From Deltaproteobacteria bacterium (GTDB lineage Bacteria; Desulfobacterota; Binatia; UBA12015), in NCBI GenBank assembly GCA_046583355.1, contig JAYGCM010000006.1, positions 1 to 43,742 of the forward strand: 43,742 bases of DNA, read 5' to 3'. The position numbers and the translations under genes were made by a program. The notes beneath the pieces were generated by a model. The model was not told the origin of the DNA, ran no database searches, and saw only the letters and a program-made list of their open reading frames with translations. Positions 8,696-18,543 of this stretch are shown here, piece after piece; position 1 is the stretch's first letter, and every line of letters begins with the position of its first letter.

Positions 8696-8973
8696 CTGGG
8701 TGCCTCCTCGTCGGGGGCGGCGAACTCGCGGTCGAGGCGGTTCATCAGCTGCACGTAGACGAAGATCAGCACGACGAAGACCAGGATCGAGCCCTGCTGG
8801 GCGAACCAGAAGCCGAGTTTGAAGCCGCCGAGTCGGATCGTGTCGAGCGGTTCGCGCAGCAGGATGCCGAAGCCGAAGGAGACGACGAACCAGATGGTCA
8901 GCAGCATTCCCAGATATTGCAGGTTGCGCCGCCAATAGACGGCGCTGCGATTCTCCTTGGATGATTCACTCAC
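8692..8973 (-). CDS. Small symporter partner subunit (DUF4212/DUF485-like)
   Basis: YWRRNL, GGFKLGFWFAQQGSI, two TM helices, ATGA overlap with the symporter. Confidence 0.88.
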   Translation of the reverse strand: MSESSKENRSAVYWRRNLQYLGMLLTIWFVVSFGFGILLREPLDTIRLGGFKLGFWFAQQGSILVFVVLIFVYVQLMNRLDREFAAPDEEAPR

Positions 8974-9045
8974 AGCGGCGCGACCCTACTGCGAAGCACC
9001 CTGCAAGCTCAAGCCGACGGCTGTATTTTTTCGCGAAAAGATCGT

Positions 9046-9969
9046 TCACGCTTCACTGGCTTCGGCCTCGGGGACTGGCGCTCCGGCCAGCCAGGCCTCG
9101 AGCATCCGGTTCACGGTCTCGGGCGCTTCCTGCTGCACCCAATGTGAGACGTTCGGGAGGTAGCGCAGAACCAGATCCTCGACCAATTCCTCGGTGCCGT
9201 AGGTCAGCTCTTTGCCGAGCGCCGTATCTTCCTCGCCCCAAAGCATCAGGGTCGGTGTCTTGATCTGCTGCGGTGCGGCCATCGCCGCGCGCCATGCCGG
9301 CGACGCGTAGCGCATGGCGCGGTACCAGCCGATCATTGCTGTGAGAGCGCCCGGTTGGCTCGCATTCGCACGGAATACGTTGGTGACCTCGGTCGGGAAG
9401 CGGCTCTTGTCGATGGCCATTGAGGTGAAGGCCTCACCGATCGCGCGTGCCCCGCGCGCGCCGAGGAGCAGTTCGGGCAGCTTCGGGATTTGAAAAAAAT
9501 ACGCGTACCAGGACTTGCGCAGTTGGGCCGCCGTGCGGAGCTTCTTCGCCATGATGGTGGGGTGGGGAATGTTCATGATCACAAGTCGTTCCAGCTTGTG
9601 CTTTTGCGGCAGGAGCGCGTAAGACCACGCCACCACGCCGCCCCAATCGTGCCCGACCAGGGTGATCTGCGAGCAGCCGGATGCATCGATCAATCGGGTC
9701 ACATCGGCCATCAGGTGGTCGATCGTATAATTGCGTACGCCGAGTGGGCGCGTCGTCTTGCCGTAGCCGCGCTGGTTGGGTGCCCAGACCTTGAATCCTT
9801 GACGTGCGAAGACCGGCATCTGGTGGCGCCAGGCGAAGTTCAGTTCCGGGAAGCCGTGCAGCAATAGGGCGAGGTGGTCACTTTGCGGGTCGCCTGCCAT
9901 ATCGACCTCGAAGCGCATGCCCTCGGTCTCGACGAATACGCCGCGGCGGATTTCTTTGTCCTCCGTCAT
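9046..9969 (-). CDS. Epoxide hydrolase-like alpha/beta hydrolase
   Basis: LLHGFPE, QRGYG, GHDWGG (Asp nucleophile), SWY, WYRA, SHWVQQE. Confidence 0.9.
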   Translation of the reverse strand: MTEDKEIRRGVFVETEGMRFEVDMAGDPQSDHLALLLHGFPELNFAWRHQMPVFARQGFKVWAPNQRGYGKTTRPLGVRNYTIDHLMADVTRLIDASGCSQITLVGHDWGGVVAWSYALLPQKHKLERLVIMNIPHPTIMAKKLRTAAQLRKSWYAYFFQIPKLPELLLGARGARAIGEAFTSMAIDKSRFPTEVTNVFRANASQPGALTAMIGWYRAMRYASPAWRAAMAAPQQIKTPTLMLWGEEDTALGKELTYGTEELVEDLVLRYLPNVSHWVQQEAPETVNRMLEAWLAGAPVPEAEASEA

Positions 9970-10655
9970 GGTGCGACGGTCTTCGGGCCGGCGCTTGGCG
10001 CGACGAACGCGCTCAGGTCCATGCGCAGCCGCCGCAACCCGGGCGAACCGATGGCGGTCTGAAATTCGTCGCTGGTCTTGTCGTCATGCGGGCGAAAGCC
10101 CACGCTCTCATAGGCTCGCTGCGCCGGGTCGTTGCCGATCATAACCGAGATCTGCGCTTTCTGGAATCCGCGCTCTTGGCCGCGTTCCAACATCTCGGTG
10201 AGGAGCCGTCGTACCAAGCCGCGGCCGCGATACGCTTCGCGGGTGGCGACCCATTCGACGACCCAATGATCCTCCGGCGTGCTTTCGACGCAGGTGAGAA
10301 CGGGCAGGCTTCGCTCGCCCAGCGTCCCGAGGAAATCGTCGCTCCAATGGCGTGCTTCGCCGGCCTGGGTAAGGGCCATGATCAGATCATCGTCGGTCGC
10401 GATCGCCGGTTCGTAACCCGAGAGGCCGGCAGCCGCGACGCCATCGACCTCTGCGATACGGAAGCGGGACCAATGACAAAAGGAGAGGGCGGGCGCGCGT
10501 ACGACGGCGGCGAGCTCCGCGATTCGCTGATCGTCATCGCCGCTGAAGAGAAGATCCCAGAAGCCTATGGGAAGGTGCGAGCGTGCTGCAATGAGCTGCA
10601 CCCAAGCGATGAATTCCGCGTCGTCCTCGCGCGCGTCGCGTGTCGTGATTTCCAT
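9966..10655 (-). CDS. GNAT family N-acetyltransferase
   Basis: VATREAYRGRGL acetyl-CoA motif A; GNDPAQRAYESVGF. Confidence 0.88.
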   Translation of the reverse strand: MEITTRDAREDDAEFIAWVQLIAARSHLPIGFWDLLFSGDDDQRIAELAAVVRAPALSFCHWSRFRIAEVDGVAAAGLSGYEPAIATDDDLIMALTQAGEARHWSDDFLGTLGERSLPVLTCVESTPEDHWVVEWVATREAYRGRGLVRRLLTEMLERGQERGFQKAQISVMIGNDPAQRAYESVGFRPHDDKTSDEFQTAIGSPGLRRLRMDLSAFVAPSAGPKTVAP

Positions 10656-10740
10656 TCACCAACGATGGCATACGAGCGTAGCCCGACTCAACGTCCGCGT
10701 GTCTCGGCCCGGACGCCGGACTCCTGGAGGTCAGGATCCT

Positions 10741-11214
10741 CTAGTGAGGAGTGTCGGCGGCGTTGCCAGCAGCCTTTTGCGCCGCCGGACTCGCGGCCTC
10801 GGCTACGGGTTCCGTGGCGTCGGGCGCATCTTCGTCGTCGGCCTCGTCAGCGGCAGCCGGCGCGGTTTTTTCTGCCGCGATCGGTGCGGCTTCCTCGGCG
10901 GGCGCTACCTCGAGGGGCAGCGCGTCGATGGGCTGCACCAGGGGCGGCGGCTCGGCGCTTACCGTGTCGGCAACCGAGACGGTGAGGCTTCGCGTGGACA
11001 GCCAGGTCAGGCCTAATGAGGTGACCATGAAGAGGATCGCGGTTCCCGTTGTGAGCTTGGTCAGCAGGTTGCCGGCGCCACTGGAGCCGAAGACTGTCTG
11101 GCTGGAGCCGCCAAAAACAGCTCCGATTTCTGCACCTTTCCCGGTTTGCAGCAGAACCACACCGATCAGGAAGAAACAGGCCACGACGTGGACGATTGAA
11201 ATTGCCATATCCAT
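10741..11214 (-). CDS. secG: Preprotein translocase subunit SecG with long acidic Ala/Pro tail
   Basis: VLLQTGKGAEIGAVFGGSSQTVFGSSGAGNLLTKLT; follows tpiA. Confidence 0.93.
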   Translation of the reverse strand: MDMAISIVHVVACFFLIGVVLLQTGKGAEIGAVFGGSSQTVFGSSGAGNLLTKLTTGTAILFMVTSLGLTWLSTRSLTVSVADTVSAEPPPLVQPIDALPLEVAPAEEAAPIAAEKTAPAAADEADDEDAPDATEPVAEAASPAAQKAAGNAADTPH

Positions 11215-11221
11215 TTTGCGA

Positions 11222-11974
11222 TCACCCCTCGAAGGCGATAATGCGGGAGAATGAGTCGATCTGCAGGCTGGCCCCGCCGACCAGCGCCCCGTCTATATCG
11301 GGTTCTGCCATCAGTCCGTCTACATTGTCCGGCTTGACACTGCCACCATAGAGGATTCGCATCGCGTCGCCTGCCAGACCGAGGGCATTCAGGCTGTCGC
11401 GGATCTCTTTGTGGACTTCCTGGGCCTGCTCGCACGTGGCGACACGGCCGGTGCCGATCGCCCAGATCGGCTCGTAGGCGATGGTGACCCGTGTGGGGTC
11501 TTCGATTTGCACACCATCCAATGCGGCGCGGGTCTGTCCGGTGACGACCGCGAGGGTTTCTCCGGCGTCGCGCTGCGCCAGCGTCTCGCCGACGCAGAGG
11601 ATTACCTGCAGGCCGTGCGCCAGTGCGCTTTTCACCTTCTGGTGGATCATCGAGTCGGTCTCAGCGAAGAGCTCGCGGCGCTCGGAATGGCCGAGGATCA
11701 CATGCGTGACGCCGAGATCCTGCAACATAAGCGGCGAGGTTTCGCCGGTGAAGGCGCCCTTTTCCTCGTGGTGCATATTCTGCGCCGCGACCTGAATTCT
11801 GGTGCCGCGCACAAGCGCGCAGACGGTGGCGAGAGCCGTTGCGGCCGGCCCGAGGATGATTTCGCGGTCGTCCTTGGTGCCGGAACTGGCGATCAGGCCG
11901 CGCGTCAGCTCTTCGGCTTCGGCGAGAGTGCCGTGCATTTTCCAGTTTCCCGCGAGGATGCTTTTGCGTGTCAT
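11222..11974 (-). CDS. tpiA: Triosephosphate isomerase
   Basis: AGNWKM, GHSERR, AYEPIWAIGTG, LYGGSV, LVGGASL. Confidence 0.98.
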   Translation of the reverse strand: MTRKSILAGNWKMHGTLAEAEELTRGLIASSGTKDDREIILGPAATALATVCALVRGTRIQVAAQNMHHEEKGAFTGETSPLMLQDLGVTHVILGHSERRELFAETDSMIHQKVKSALAHGLQVILCVGETLAQRDAGETLAVVTGQTRAALDGVQIEDPTRVTIAYEPIWAIGTGRVATCEQAQEVHKEIRDSLNALGLAGDAMRILYGGSVKPDNVDGLMAEPDIDGALVGGASLQIDSFSRIIAFEG

Positions 11975-11989
11975 GCTTCTTCTCCAAGC

Positions 11990-13174
11990 TCAGTCGAGGG
12001 CGGCAACGCCGGGAAGCGTCTTGCCTTCGAGGAATTCCAACGAGGCGCCGCCGCCGGTTGAGACGTGGCTTACCTTGTCGGCGACGCCGGCTTTGCCGAG
12101 GGCGGCAACCGAGTCACCGCCGCCAACAACCGTCTGCGCGCTGGTGGCCGCGGCCATTGCCTCGGCGATCGCGATGGTGCCGCCAGCAAATTCATCGATT
12201 TCAAAAATGCCCATCGGGCCGTTCCAGAGAATGGTCTTCGCGCCGGCGATCTCGGCCGCGTATGCCTTGCGCGACTCCGGGCCGATATCGACGCCGAGCC
12301 AGCCGTCGCGGATCGCTACGCCGGAGACCTCGGTCGCTGCGCCCGCTTGGGGTGCATCGGCGATGACGTGGTCGGTCGGCAGGAGCAGCCGGACGTTCCT
12401 GGCTTCCGCAGCAGCCAGGGTCGCACGAGCCAATTCGATTTTGTCTTCTTCGACCAGCGAGGTGCCGGTGGCGATGCCCTGGGCGCGCAGGAAGGTATAG
12501 GCCATGGCGCCGCCGATGAGGATGGCATCCGCGCGTGCCATCAGGTTTTCGACTACCGTGATCTTGTCCGAGACCTTGGCGCCGCCGATGATGGCGACGA
12601 AGGGGTGCTCGGCCTCGCCGAGGAGGGCACCCAAGCTTTCCAGTTCGCGCGCCAGTAGAAGGCCGGCGGCGCGTTCTTTGAGCAGTCCGGCAACACCGAC
12701 GGTGGAGGCATGCGCGCGATGCGCCGCGCCGAAGGCGTCATTCACATAGATATCGGCCAGCTTCGCGAGCGCGGCCGCGAAGGCCGGGTCGTTTTTCTCT
12801 TCGCCGGAATGAAAGCGGAGGTTCTCCAGCAGCACGATATCGCCATCGACCATGGCGGCCACCAGGGCCTCGACCTCTTCGCCAATGCAATCGGCTGCCA
12901 AGGCGACGGGCTGGCCGAGGAGTTCGGCGAGTCGCGTGGCTGCCGGTGCCAGGCTGCACGAATCCACTACCTGGCCCCCCGGGCGGCCCATATGGGAGGC
13001 AAGGATGACCTTCGCCCCCGCATCGACGGCATGGCGCAGGCTGGGCAGGCTGGCGCGGATACGGGAGTCCTCGGTGATGCGCGCGGCTCCCCCGCTCGTA
13101 TCGAGCGGGACATTAAAGTCGACGCGAATCAGGACCCGGCGCCCGGCCAGGTCGAGTTGATCGATGGTTTTCAT
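11990..13174 (-). CDS. pgk: Phosphoglycerate kinase
   Basis: RVDFNVP, LLENLRF, NDAFGAAHRAHAS, STGGGASLEFLEGK. Confidence 0.98.
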   Translation of the reverse strand: MKTIDQLDLAGRRVLIRVDFNVPLDTSGGAARITEDSRIRASLPSLRHAVDAGAKVILASHMGRPGGQVVDSCSLAPAATRLAELLGQPVALAADCIGEEVEALVAAMVDGDIVLLENLRFHSGEEKNDPAFAAALAKLADIYVNDAFGAAHRAHASTVGVAGLLKERAAGLLLARELESLGALLGEAEHPFVAIIGGAKVSDKITVVENLMARADAILIGGAMAYTFLRAQGIATGTSLVEEDKIELARATLAAAEARNVRLLLPTDHVIADAPQAGAATEVSGVAIRDGWLGVDIGPESRKAYAAEIAGAKTILWNGPMGIFEIDEFAGGTIAIAEAMAAATSAQTVVGGGDSVAALGKAGVADKVSHVSTGGGASLEFLEGKTLPGVAALD

Positions 13175-13201
13175 GCAGATGCGGTGGCGCCGGGTGGCTA
13201 C

Positions 13202-14203
13202 CTAGAGGCGCTCGCCGATATACTTCATCACGTCAACCATGCGGTTCGAGAAGCCCCATTCGTTGTCGTACCACGACAGCACTTTGACGAAGTTATTGTC
13301 CATCACCTTGGTGAGCGGAGCATCAAAGACCGAGGAGTAGGTCGTATGGTTGATATCGATCGAGACGATCGGCTCGTCGGAGTAGGCCAATATGCCCTTG
13401 AGGGGGCCGTCGGCTGCGGCCTTGACCGCGGCATTGACGTCCTCGGCCGAGGCGGATTTTTCGAACTCGCAGACCAGGTCGACAATCGAGGTATTCGGTG
13501 TCGGGACACGGATCGCCATGCCGTCGAGCTTGCCCGCCAATTCCGGCAGAACCAGCGAGACCGCGCGAGCGGCACCCGTAGTCGTCGGGATCATGGAGAG
13601 GGCCGCGGCGCGCGAGCGACGTAGGTCCGAATGCGGCAGGTCGAGGATTTTCTGGTCGTTCGTATAGGAGTGGATCGTCGTCATCAGGCCGCGCTTGATG
13701 CCGAAGGTATCGTTCAGAACCTTGGCGAAGGGCGCGAGGCAATTCGTCGTGCACGAGGCATTGGAGATGACGTGATGCTCGGCGGGGTCGTAATTGGTGT
13801 GGTTGACCCCGAAGACGACCGTAAGATCCACGCCGCCGGCCGGAGCCGAGATGATGACTTTTTTCGCGCCTGCCGCGATATGCGCGCTGGCTTTTTCTTT
13901 GCTGGCGAAGAAGCCGGTGGACTCAACGGCGATATCGATCTTGAGGTCACCCCAGGGGAGCTTGGCCGGGTCGCGCTCGGAGAGGACCTGGATTCTCTTG
14001 TCACCGACGACCAGCGTGTCGCCCTCGTGCGAGACATTTTCGAGTCGTCCGTGGATCGAGTCGTATTTGAGGAGGTAGGCGAGGGTGGCGGCATCGGTCA
14101 GGTCATTCACGGCAACGATCTCGACCTCTTTGTGGTCGAGTGCTGCGCGGAACACATTGCGTCCGATACGTCCGAATCCATTGATGCCGACACGAATGGC
14201 CAT
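13202..14203 (-). CDS. gap: Type I glyceraldehyde-3-phosphate dehydrogenase
   Basis: Start [15 protein letters not shown] at 14203 after [25 protein letters not shown]. Confidence 0.98.
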   Translation of the reverse strand: MAIRVGINGFGRIGRNVFRAALDHKEVEIVAVNDLTDAATLAYLLKYDSIHGRLENVSHEGDTLVVGDKRIQVLSERDPAKLPWGDLKIDIAVESTGFFASKEKASAHIAAGAKKVIISAPAGGVDLTVVFGVNHTNYDPAEHHVISNASCTTNCLAPFAKVLNDTFGIKRGLMTTIHSYTNDQKILDLPHSDLRRSRAAALSMIPTTTGAARAVSLVLPELAGKLDGMAIRVPTPNTSIVDLVCEFEKSASAEDVNAAVKAAADGPLKGILAYSDEPIVSIDINHTTYSSVFDAPLTKVMDNNFVKVLSWYDNEWGFSNRMVDVMKYIGERL

Positions 14204-14327
14204 TTGATCTCTCCTTGGGCGACTGGGGTTGGGCCCCGGGGCATTGGCCCCGAAGGCGAAAACTCCCGAAAACCCTAGTGATCCGCCTGCGTGGGCACAA
14301 GCCATGCGACACCTGTCTGATGGCGAG

Positions 14328-14356
14328 TTGACGATCGGCCCCAACGCAGCCTTAAT
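14328..14356 (+). promoter_or_regulatory. Putative tol-pal promoter TTGACG-N17-CTTAAT
   Basis: Near-consensus hexamers with 17 bp spacing, ~60 bp upstream of tolQ. Confidence 0.5.
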
Positions 14357-14418
14357 GAAGGCCAACGGGGCGATGGGGCCGAGGTGGCCGCTGGCGGGAT
14401 GAGGGGAGTGGGGGGCTG

Positions 14419-15087
14419 ATGATCGAGCACCTTTTTGCAGGGACAGGACCGGTCGTGATGGCGGTTCTCTGGATTCTGGTCGCGGCCTCGGCTGGGAGCT
14501 GGGGCATCATGGTCTATAAATTGGGCCAGATCCGCCGTGCGCGCCGGCAATCCGAGCGCTTCGTCATTATTTTCTGGGAGTCCAAGAGTCTGGGCCAGAT
14601 CCACACGGCGAGCTTGGATTTCGCGCAGAGTCCGGTCGCGCAGGTCTTTCGCGCCGGCTACCAGGAGCTGATGCGGCTCACGCGCGGCAAGCGCCGTGAA
14701 GATGAGTCCGATACCGAGTTGGCTGGCTCCGCCAACGTCGAGCGTGCCATGCGTCGGGCGACCAATCAGGAGCTGATCCGGCTCGAGAAATCGCTTACCT
14801 TCCTCGCCACCACGGCATCGACGGCACCCTTCATTGGCCTCTTCGGCACGGTCTGGGGCATCATGAATGCCTTTCAGAGCCTCGCGACAGAGCAAAGCTC
14901 CACCATTCAGGCCGTCGCGCCGGGCATCTCTGAGGCATTGGTCGCAACCGCCGTGGGGCTGGCTGCGGCGATCCCCTCGGTGGTCGCCTACAACCATTTC
15001 ACCCGCCAAGTAAGCGTTCTGAATTCGGATATGGATAGTTTCTCGGCCGAGTTCCTGAATATCACCGAGCGGCATTTTCTGAACTGA
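14419..15087 (+). CDS. tolQ: Tol-Pal inner membrane protein TolQ
   Basis: [37 protein letters not shown]. Confidence 0.95.
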   Translation: MIEHLFAGTGPVVMAVLWILVAASAGSWGIMVYKLGQIRRARRQSERFVIIFWESKSLGQIHTASLDFAQSPVAQVFRAGYQELMRLTRGKRREDESDTELAGSANVERAMRRATNQELIRLEKSLTFLATTASTAPFIGLFGTVWGIMNAFQSLATEQSSTIQAVAPGISEALVATAVGLAAAIPSVVAYNHFTRQVSVLNSDMDSFSAEFLNITERHFLN

Positions 15088-15539
15088 TGGCAATGGATCG
15101 CGGCAGCGGCGGCTCGATGTCGCAGATCAATGTAACGCCCTTGGTCGACGTGATGCTGGTGCTGTTGGTGATCTTCATGGTGACCGCGCCGATCTTGCAA
15201 CAGGGAGTGCAGGTCGATTTGCCACAGGCCGCTGTCGGTGCGCTCACGGGTGATGAAAACCAGATCGTGATTTCGATTGTGCGGGCTGGCGAGGTTTTTG
15301 TGGACGATGATGAGGTGGCTTCCGGCACATTGATCGAAACCCTGGTTGAGCGCGTCGGCGTGGGCAACGAGGCCGCTGCGCCGATCTATATCCGGGCCGA
15401 CCGCCGCCTCTCCTATGGCGAGGTGATGCGGGTGATGGCCGAGATTCATGCGGCCGGTTTTCGCCGCGTCGGCCTCGTGACCGAGGAGAGCGAAGAGGCG
15501 CTTGATCTTGACCAACTCGGCGCCGCCGAGCGTCTCTAG
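15087..15539 (+). CDS. tolR: TolR (ExbD family)
   Basis: INVTPLVDVMLVLLVIFMVTAP; IRADRRLSYG. Confidence 0.93.
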   Translation: MAMDRGSGGSMSQINVTPLVDVMLVLLVIFMVTAPILQQGVQVDLPQAAVGALTGDENQIVISIVRAGEVFVDDDEVASGTLIETLVERVGVGNEAAAPIYIRADRRLSYGEVMRVMAEIHAAGFRRVGLVTEESEEALDLDQLGAAERL

Positions 15540-15560
15540 GGGCGCGGCCGCCAACTCACC

Positions 15561-16628
15561 ATGCGCAAGCGTACGCCGTTGCTGATCGATCGGGGCCGAA
15601 ATGGCCTCCTCGCCTTGGTCGTCGCGCTTTCCTTCGGCGTGCATTTGGGGCTGATCTGGCTGGTGGCCGAAGGTGGCGTGTCGATCCGTCCGCATATACC
15701 GCTGGTGATCGGGGTCACCCTGGTCGGCGGCGAGGATCTGCCCCCCGCGCCGCCGACCGCCTTGGAGGCCCAGGCGGCAGCGGCGAAGAAAAAGAAATTG
15801 AAAAAGGTCTTGATGAACAGGGCGCGTGCGAAGAAGGCCGAGAAGCCCGATGTCATCCTGCCGGGCAAGCCAACGGCGACCCCCTCGCCGGTGCCGACAG
15901 CGAAGCCGACGCCGAGTCCGAGCCCGAGTCCGCGAGCCACGGCCACACCGCGGCCCACGCCGAAGCCGACCACCATCCGAAAGAAGGCGACACCTACGCC
16001 GAAGCCGACTTCCACGGCCAAGCCGAAGCTCGCCAGGAAGAAGGCTGGGGCGAGCAAGGTCACGGCTACGAAAACCAAGCCCGCGGCCCGGAAGCCCGAT
16101 GCGGCAGAGAGCAAGAAGGCCTCCGCAAAGAAGTCCGACGCGGCCAGGAGTCGGCCGCAGTCGACCCCGCAGCCGGCCTCCGGCGCGGCTACCCAGGCGG
16201 TGGCCAAGCCGGCGTCGGCGAAGCGTGCGGCAAAGATGAATGCGGCGTTGGACCGCGCCCGCCTGGGGCAAGGCGGCGGCCCGGGTGTCGGGGGCGGTGC
16301 CGGGACGGGATCGGGCTCGGTTGGCGTCGCTCTCGACCCGGAATTCGCGGCCTATTACGGGCTGATGCTGGAGCGGATTCGCGATGCCTGGTTCTGGCCC
16401 GGCCGCCGCCCGGACCTCACGGTGACGGTCGGCTTTGGCGTGGGTGCGAAGGGCCGGCTCTCGGATATCCGCATCGTGAAGCGTTCGCGAGATCGTTCCT
16501 ACGATGGCTCGGTTCTGCGTGCGCTGCGCGCGGTGGATCCGCTGCCGCCGCCGCCGCTCGCATTTCGCCGTGACTTTGCAGATGTGGAACTGGTATTCCA
16601 TCCAGCCGACTTGGAGGGTGCGAGGTGA
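15561..16628 (+). CDS. tolA: TolA/TonB-family energy transducer
   Basis: N-terminal TM with S-x-x-x-H (SFGVH), Pro/Thr/Lys-rich spacer, TonB_C-like C-terminus (RSYDGSVLRALRAVDPLPPPP); lies between tolR and tolB. Confidence 0.85.
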   Translation: MRKRTPLLIDRGRNGLLALVVALSFGVHLGLIWLVAEGGVSIRPHIPLVIGVTLVGGEDLPPAPPTALEAQAAAAKKKKLKKVLMNRARAKKAEKPDVILPGKPTATPSPVPTAKPTPSPSPSPRATATPRPTPKPTTIRKKATPTPKPTSTAKPKLARKKAGASKVTATKTKPAARKPDAAESKKASAKKSDAARSRPQSTPQPASGAATQAVAKPASAKRAAKMNAALDRARLGQGGGPGVGGGAGTGSGSVGVALDPEFAAYYGLMLERIRDAWFWPGRRPDLTVTVGFGVGAKGRLSDIRIVKRSRDRSYDGSVLRALRAVDPLPPPPLAFRRDFADVELVFHPADLEGAR

Positions 16629-17968
16629 TGCGGCAGATGAGGATGACGAAAAGCGGGTTCGGGTGGCTTGTGGTGGTTCTGCTGCTTGTGCCGCCGGCCG
16701 TGGCGGCACAAGTTCGAGGCACCATTGCGGGACCGGGCCATTCGACCTTTCCCATCGCGATCGCGGCGCCTGTGGGGCCCGCGGGGGATGCGGCCGGCGC
16801 GGAGTTCGCCGAGACCCTCTCGCGCGATCTCGACCTTTCGGGGCTCTTCCGGATCTTGCCGCCGCCACCGCCCGATCGCCGACCGCGCGACTCCGGCGTG
16901 AATCGCGAGCAAATCGACTTCGGCGCGTGGGAGGCCCTCGGGGCACGCTTGCTGGTCAAGGGCGGATACGCCTACCGCGACGGGGAGATGGTCATGGCCG
17001 TGCGGCTCTTCGACGTACAGGCACGCCGGCAGCTTGGCGGCAAGCGCTATATTGGTCGGCCGGAAGATGTGCGCCGCATTGCCGATCGTTTTGCGGATCG
17101 CGTGATGCTGCTCACGACCGGAGAGAAGGGGCCTTTCGATTCGAAGATCGCGTTTGTCTCGACCCGCGAGGGTGGTTTCAAAGAGATCTGGGTTGCCCGT
17201 ACCGACGGTACCGGTGCTCGCCGTCTTACCAAAAACAGGACGATCAACCTCTCGCCCAGCTGGGCCCCTGGCGGTCTTGATCTGCTCTTCACCTCCTACC
17301 GCGACGGCCGCCCGCGGCTCTACGAACTCGATCTGAAATCACTCCAGCTGCGCCGCGTGCTGGGCGGTGGAGGGCTGGTGGTGGGGGGGCAATATTCACC
17401 CGATGGCCGGGCGATCGCCGTGTCGCGCGAGGAGGCGCGCGGGAACTCCGAGATTCTTCTCATCAGTCCCGCCGGTGATGTGCTGCGCGTCCTGACGCAC
17501 GATCGCGGTATTGATGTCAGCCCGAGTTGGTCACCGGATGGTCGCCGCGTTGCGTTCTGCTCTTCGCGTGGCGGCACACCGCAGATTTACGTCGCTTCGC
17601 TCGACTCGGGCCAGAACGAGCGAGTCACCTTCCAGGGGTCGTATAATACCTCGCCGAGTTGGTCGCCGCAGGGCGAGAAAATCGCTTTCACCGGGCGTGT
17701 AGCCGGGCGTTTCCAACTCTTCGTGATTGATCTCGCGGCAAAGGCTGCGGTGCAAATCACTCATGCTGCTGGCGATTCGACCGACGCGAGCTGGTCGCCG
17801 GACGGCCGCTATCTGGTGTTCTCGTCGACCCGACGCGGCCGCGATGAGATCTATCTCTCGGATTGGCAGGGGCGCTTGCCGCGTCGATTGATCGCCACTA
17901 CTGGCGATGATAGCAGTCCAGCTTGGTCCCCCTGGTTGAGTATCGATCACGGAAAAAGTGGGGGCTGA
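16625..17968 (+). CDS. tolB: Tol-Pal beta-propeller protein TolB
   Basis: Signal peptide, TolB_N, repeated SPSWSPDG (PD40) motifs; start uncertain within the first ~7 codons. Confidence 0.95.
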   Translation: MMRQMRMTKSGFGWLVVVLLLVPPAVAAQVRGTIAGPGHSTFPIAIAAPVGPAGDAAGAEFAETLSRDLDLSGLFRILPPPPPDRRPRDSGVNREQIDFGAWEALGARLLVKGGYAYRDGEMVMAVRLFDVQARRQLGGKRYIGRPEDVRRIADRFADRVMLLTTGEKGPFDSKIAFVSTREGGFKEIWVARTDGTGARRLTKNRTINLSPSWAPGGLDLLFTSYRDGRPRLYELDLKSLQLRRVLGGGGLVVGGQYSPDGRAIAVSREEARGNSEILLISPAGDVLRVLTHDRGIDVSPSWSPDGRRVAFCSSRGGTPQIYVASLDSGQNERVTFQGSYNTSPSWSPQGEKIAFTGRVAGRFQLFVIDLAAKAAVQITHAAGDSTDASWSPDGRYLVFSSTRRGRDEIYLSDWQGRLPRRLIATTGDDSSPAWSPWLSIDHGKSGG

Positions 17969-17981
17969 GGAGGTGGCGCTG

Positions 17982-18542
17982 GTGGGGCATGAGATGATGA
18001 GTGCCGGTCGGTGGACCGGACGTCTGCTTTGCACGGTTGGTATCGTGGTTCTGGCCGCGGGTTGTGCGGGTTTGCAGGGCGATGCGGGCAGCATTTACGA
18101 GGACGGTAGTAGCGCCGGGGCGCTCAGCGAGAGCGACCTTGCCGGCTCCCTGCCGCGTGGTTCCAGCCTGGCGCAGTTCCGCAGTGGTACGCTGGGAAGT
18201 GAAGAGGTGGGTCCGCTCGATGATATCGAGTTCGGCTATGACTCCTTTGCCCTCTCACCAGCCGCGCGCGAGCGCCTGGCGTCCAATGCCGAGTGGCTGC
18301 AGGCCAACCCGGCGAGCCGGTTCGAGATCGAAGGCCATTGCGATAGTCGCGGCACCATCGAGTATAATCTGGCGCTCGGCGCACGACGCGCGAGTTCGGT
18401 CCGCGAATACCTTGTCAGTCTCGGGCTGCCTTCGGACCGGGTGACGACGATCAGCTACGGAAAAGAATTGCCGGCCTGTTACGCCGAGACTGCCGCGTGC
18501 TGGCAGCAGAACCGGCGCGCCCATTTCGTGCTTTTGAATTAG
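17982..18542 (+). CDS. pal: Peptidoglycan-associated lipoprotein Pal
   Basis: Lipobox LAAGC, IEGHCDSRGTIEYNLALGARRA, SYGKE, NRRAHF; GTG 17982 follows GAGGAGG. Confidence 0.95.
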   Translation: MGHEMMSAGRWTGRLLCTVGIVVLAAGCAGLQGDAGSIYEDGSSAGALSESDLAGSLPRGSSLAQFRSGTLGSEEVGPLDDIEFGYDSFALSPAARERLASNAEWLQANPASRFEIEGHCDSRGTIEYNLALGARRASSVREYLVSLGLPSDRVTTISYGKELPACYAETAACWQQNRRAHFVLLN

Positions 18543-18543
18543 G

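Noticed and set aside
8696..8935. N-terminal extensions in the ORF track for the symporter (8935), gap (14365), SCO (40721), rho (22801) and subunit IV (37701)
   Set aside because: The extensions overlap neighbouring genes or promoters and lack family similarity; downstream starts match family N-termini
14355..14402. Short [18 protein letters not shown] upstream of tolQ
   Set aside because: Its ATG lies within the predicted -10 element and has no SD; probably chance
15860..16240. Tandem ccgacgccga/aagccg-like repeats resembling an array
   Set aside because: They encode the Pro/Thr/Lys-rich TolA spacer; there is no constant repeat with unique spacers and no cas genes, so this is not CRISPR
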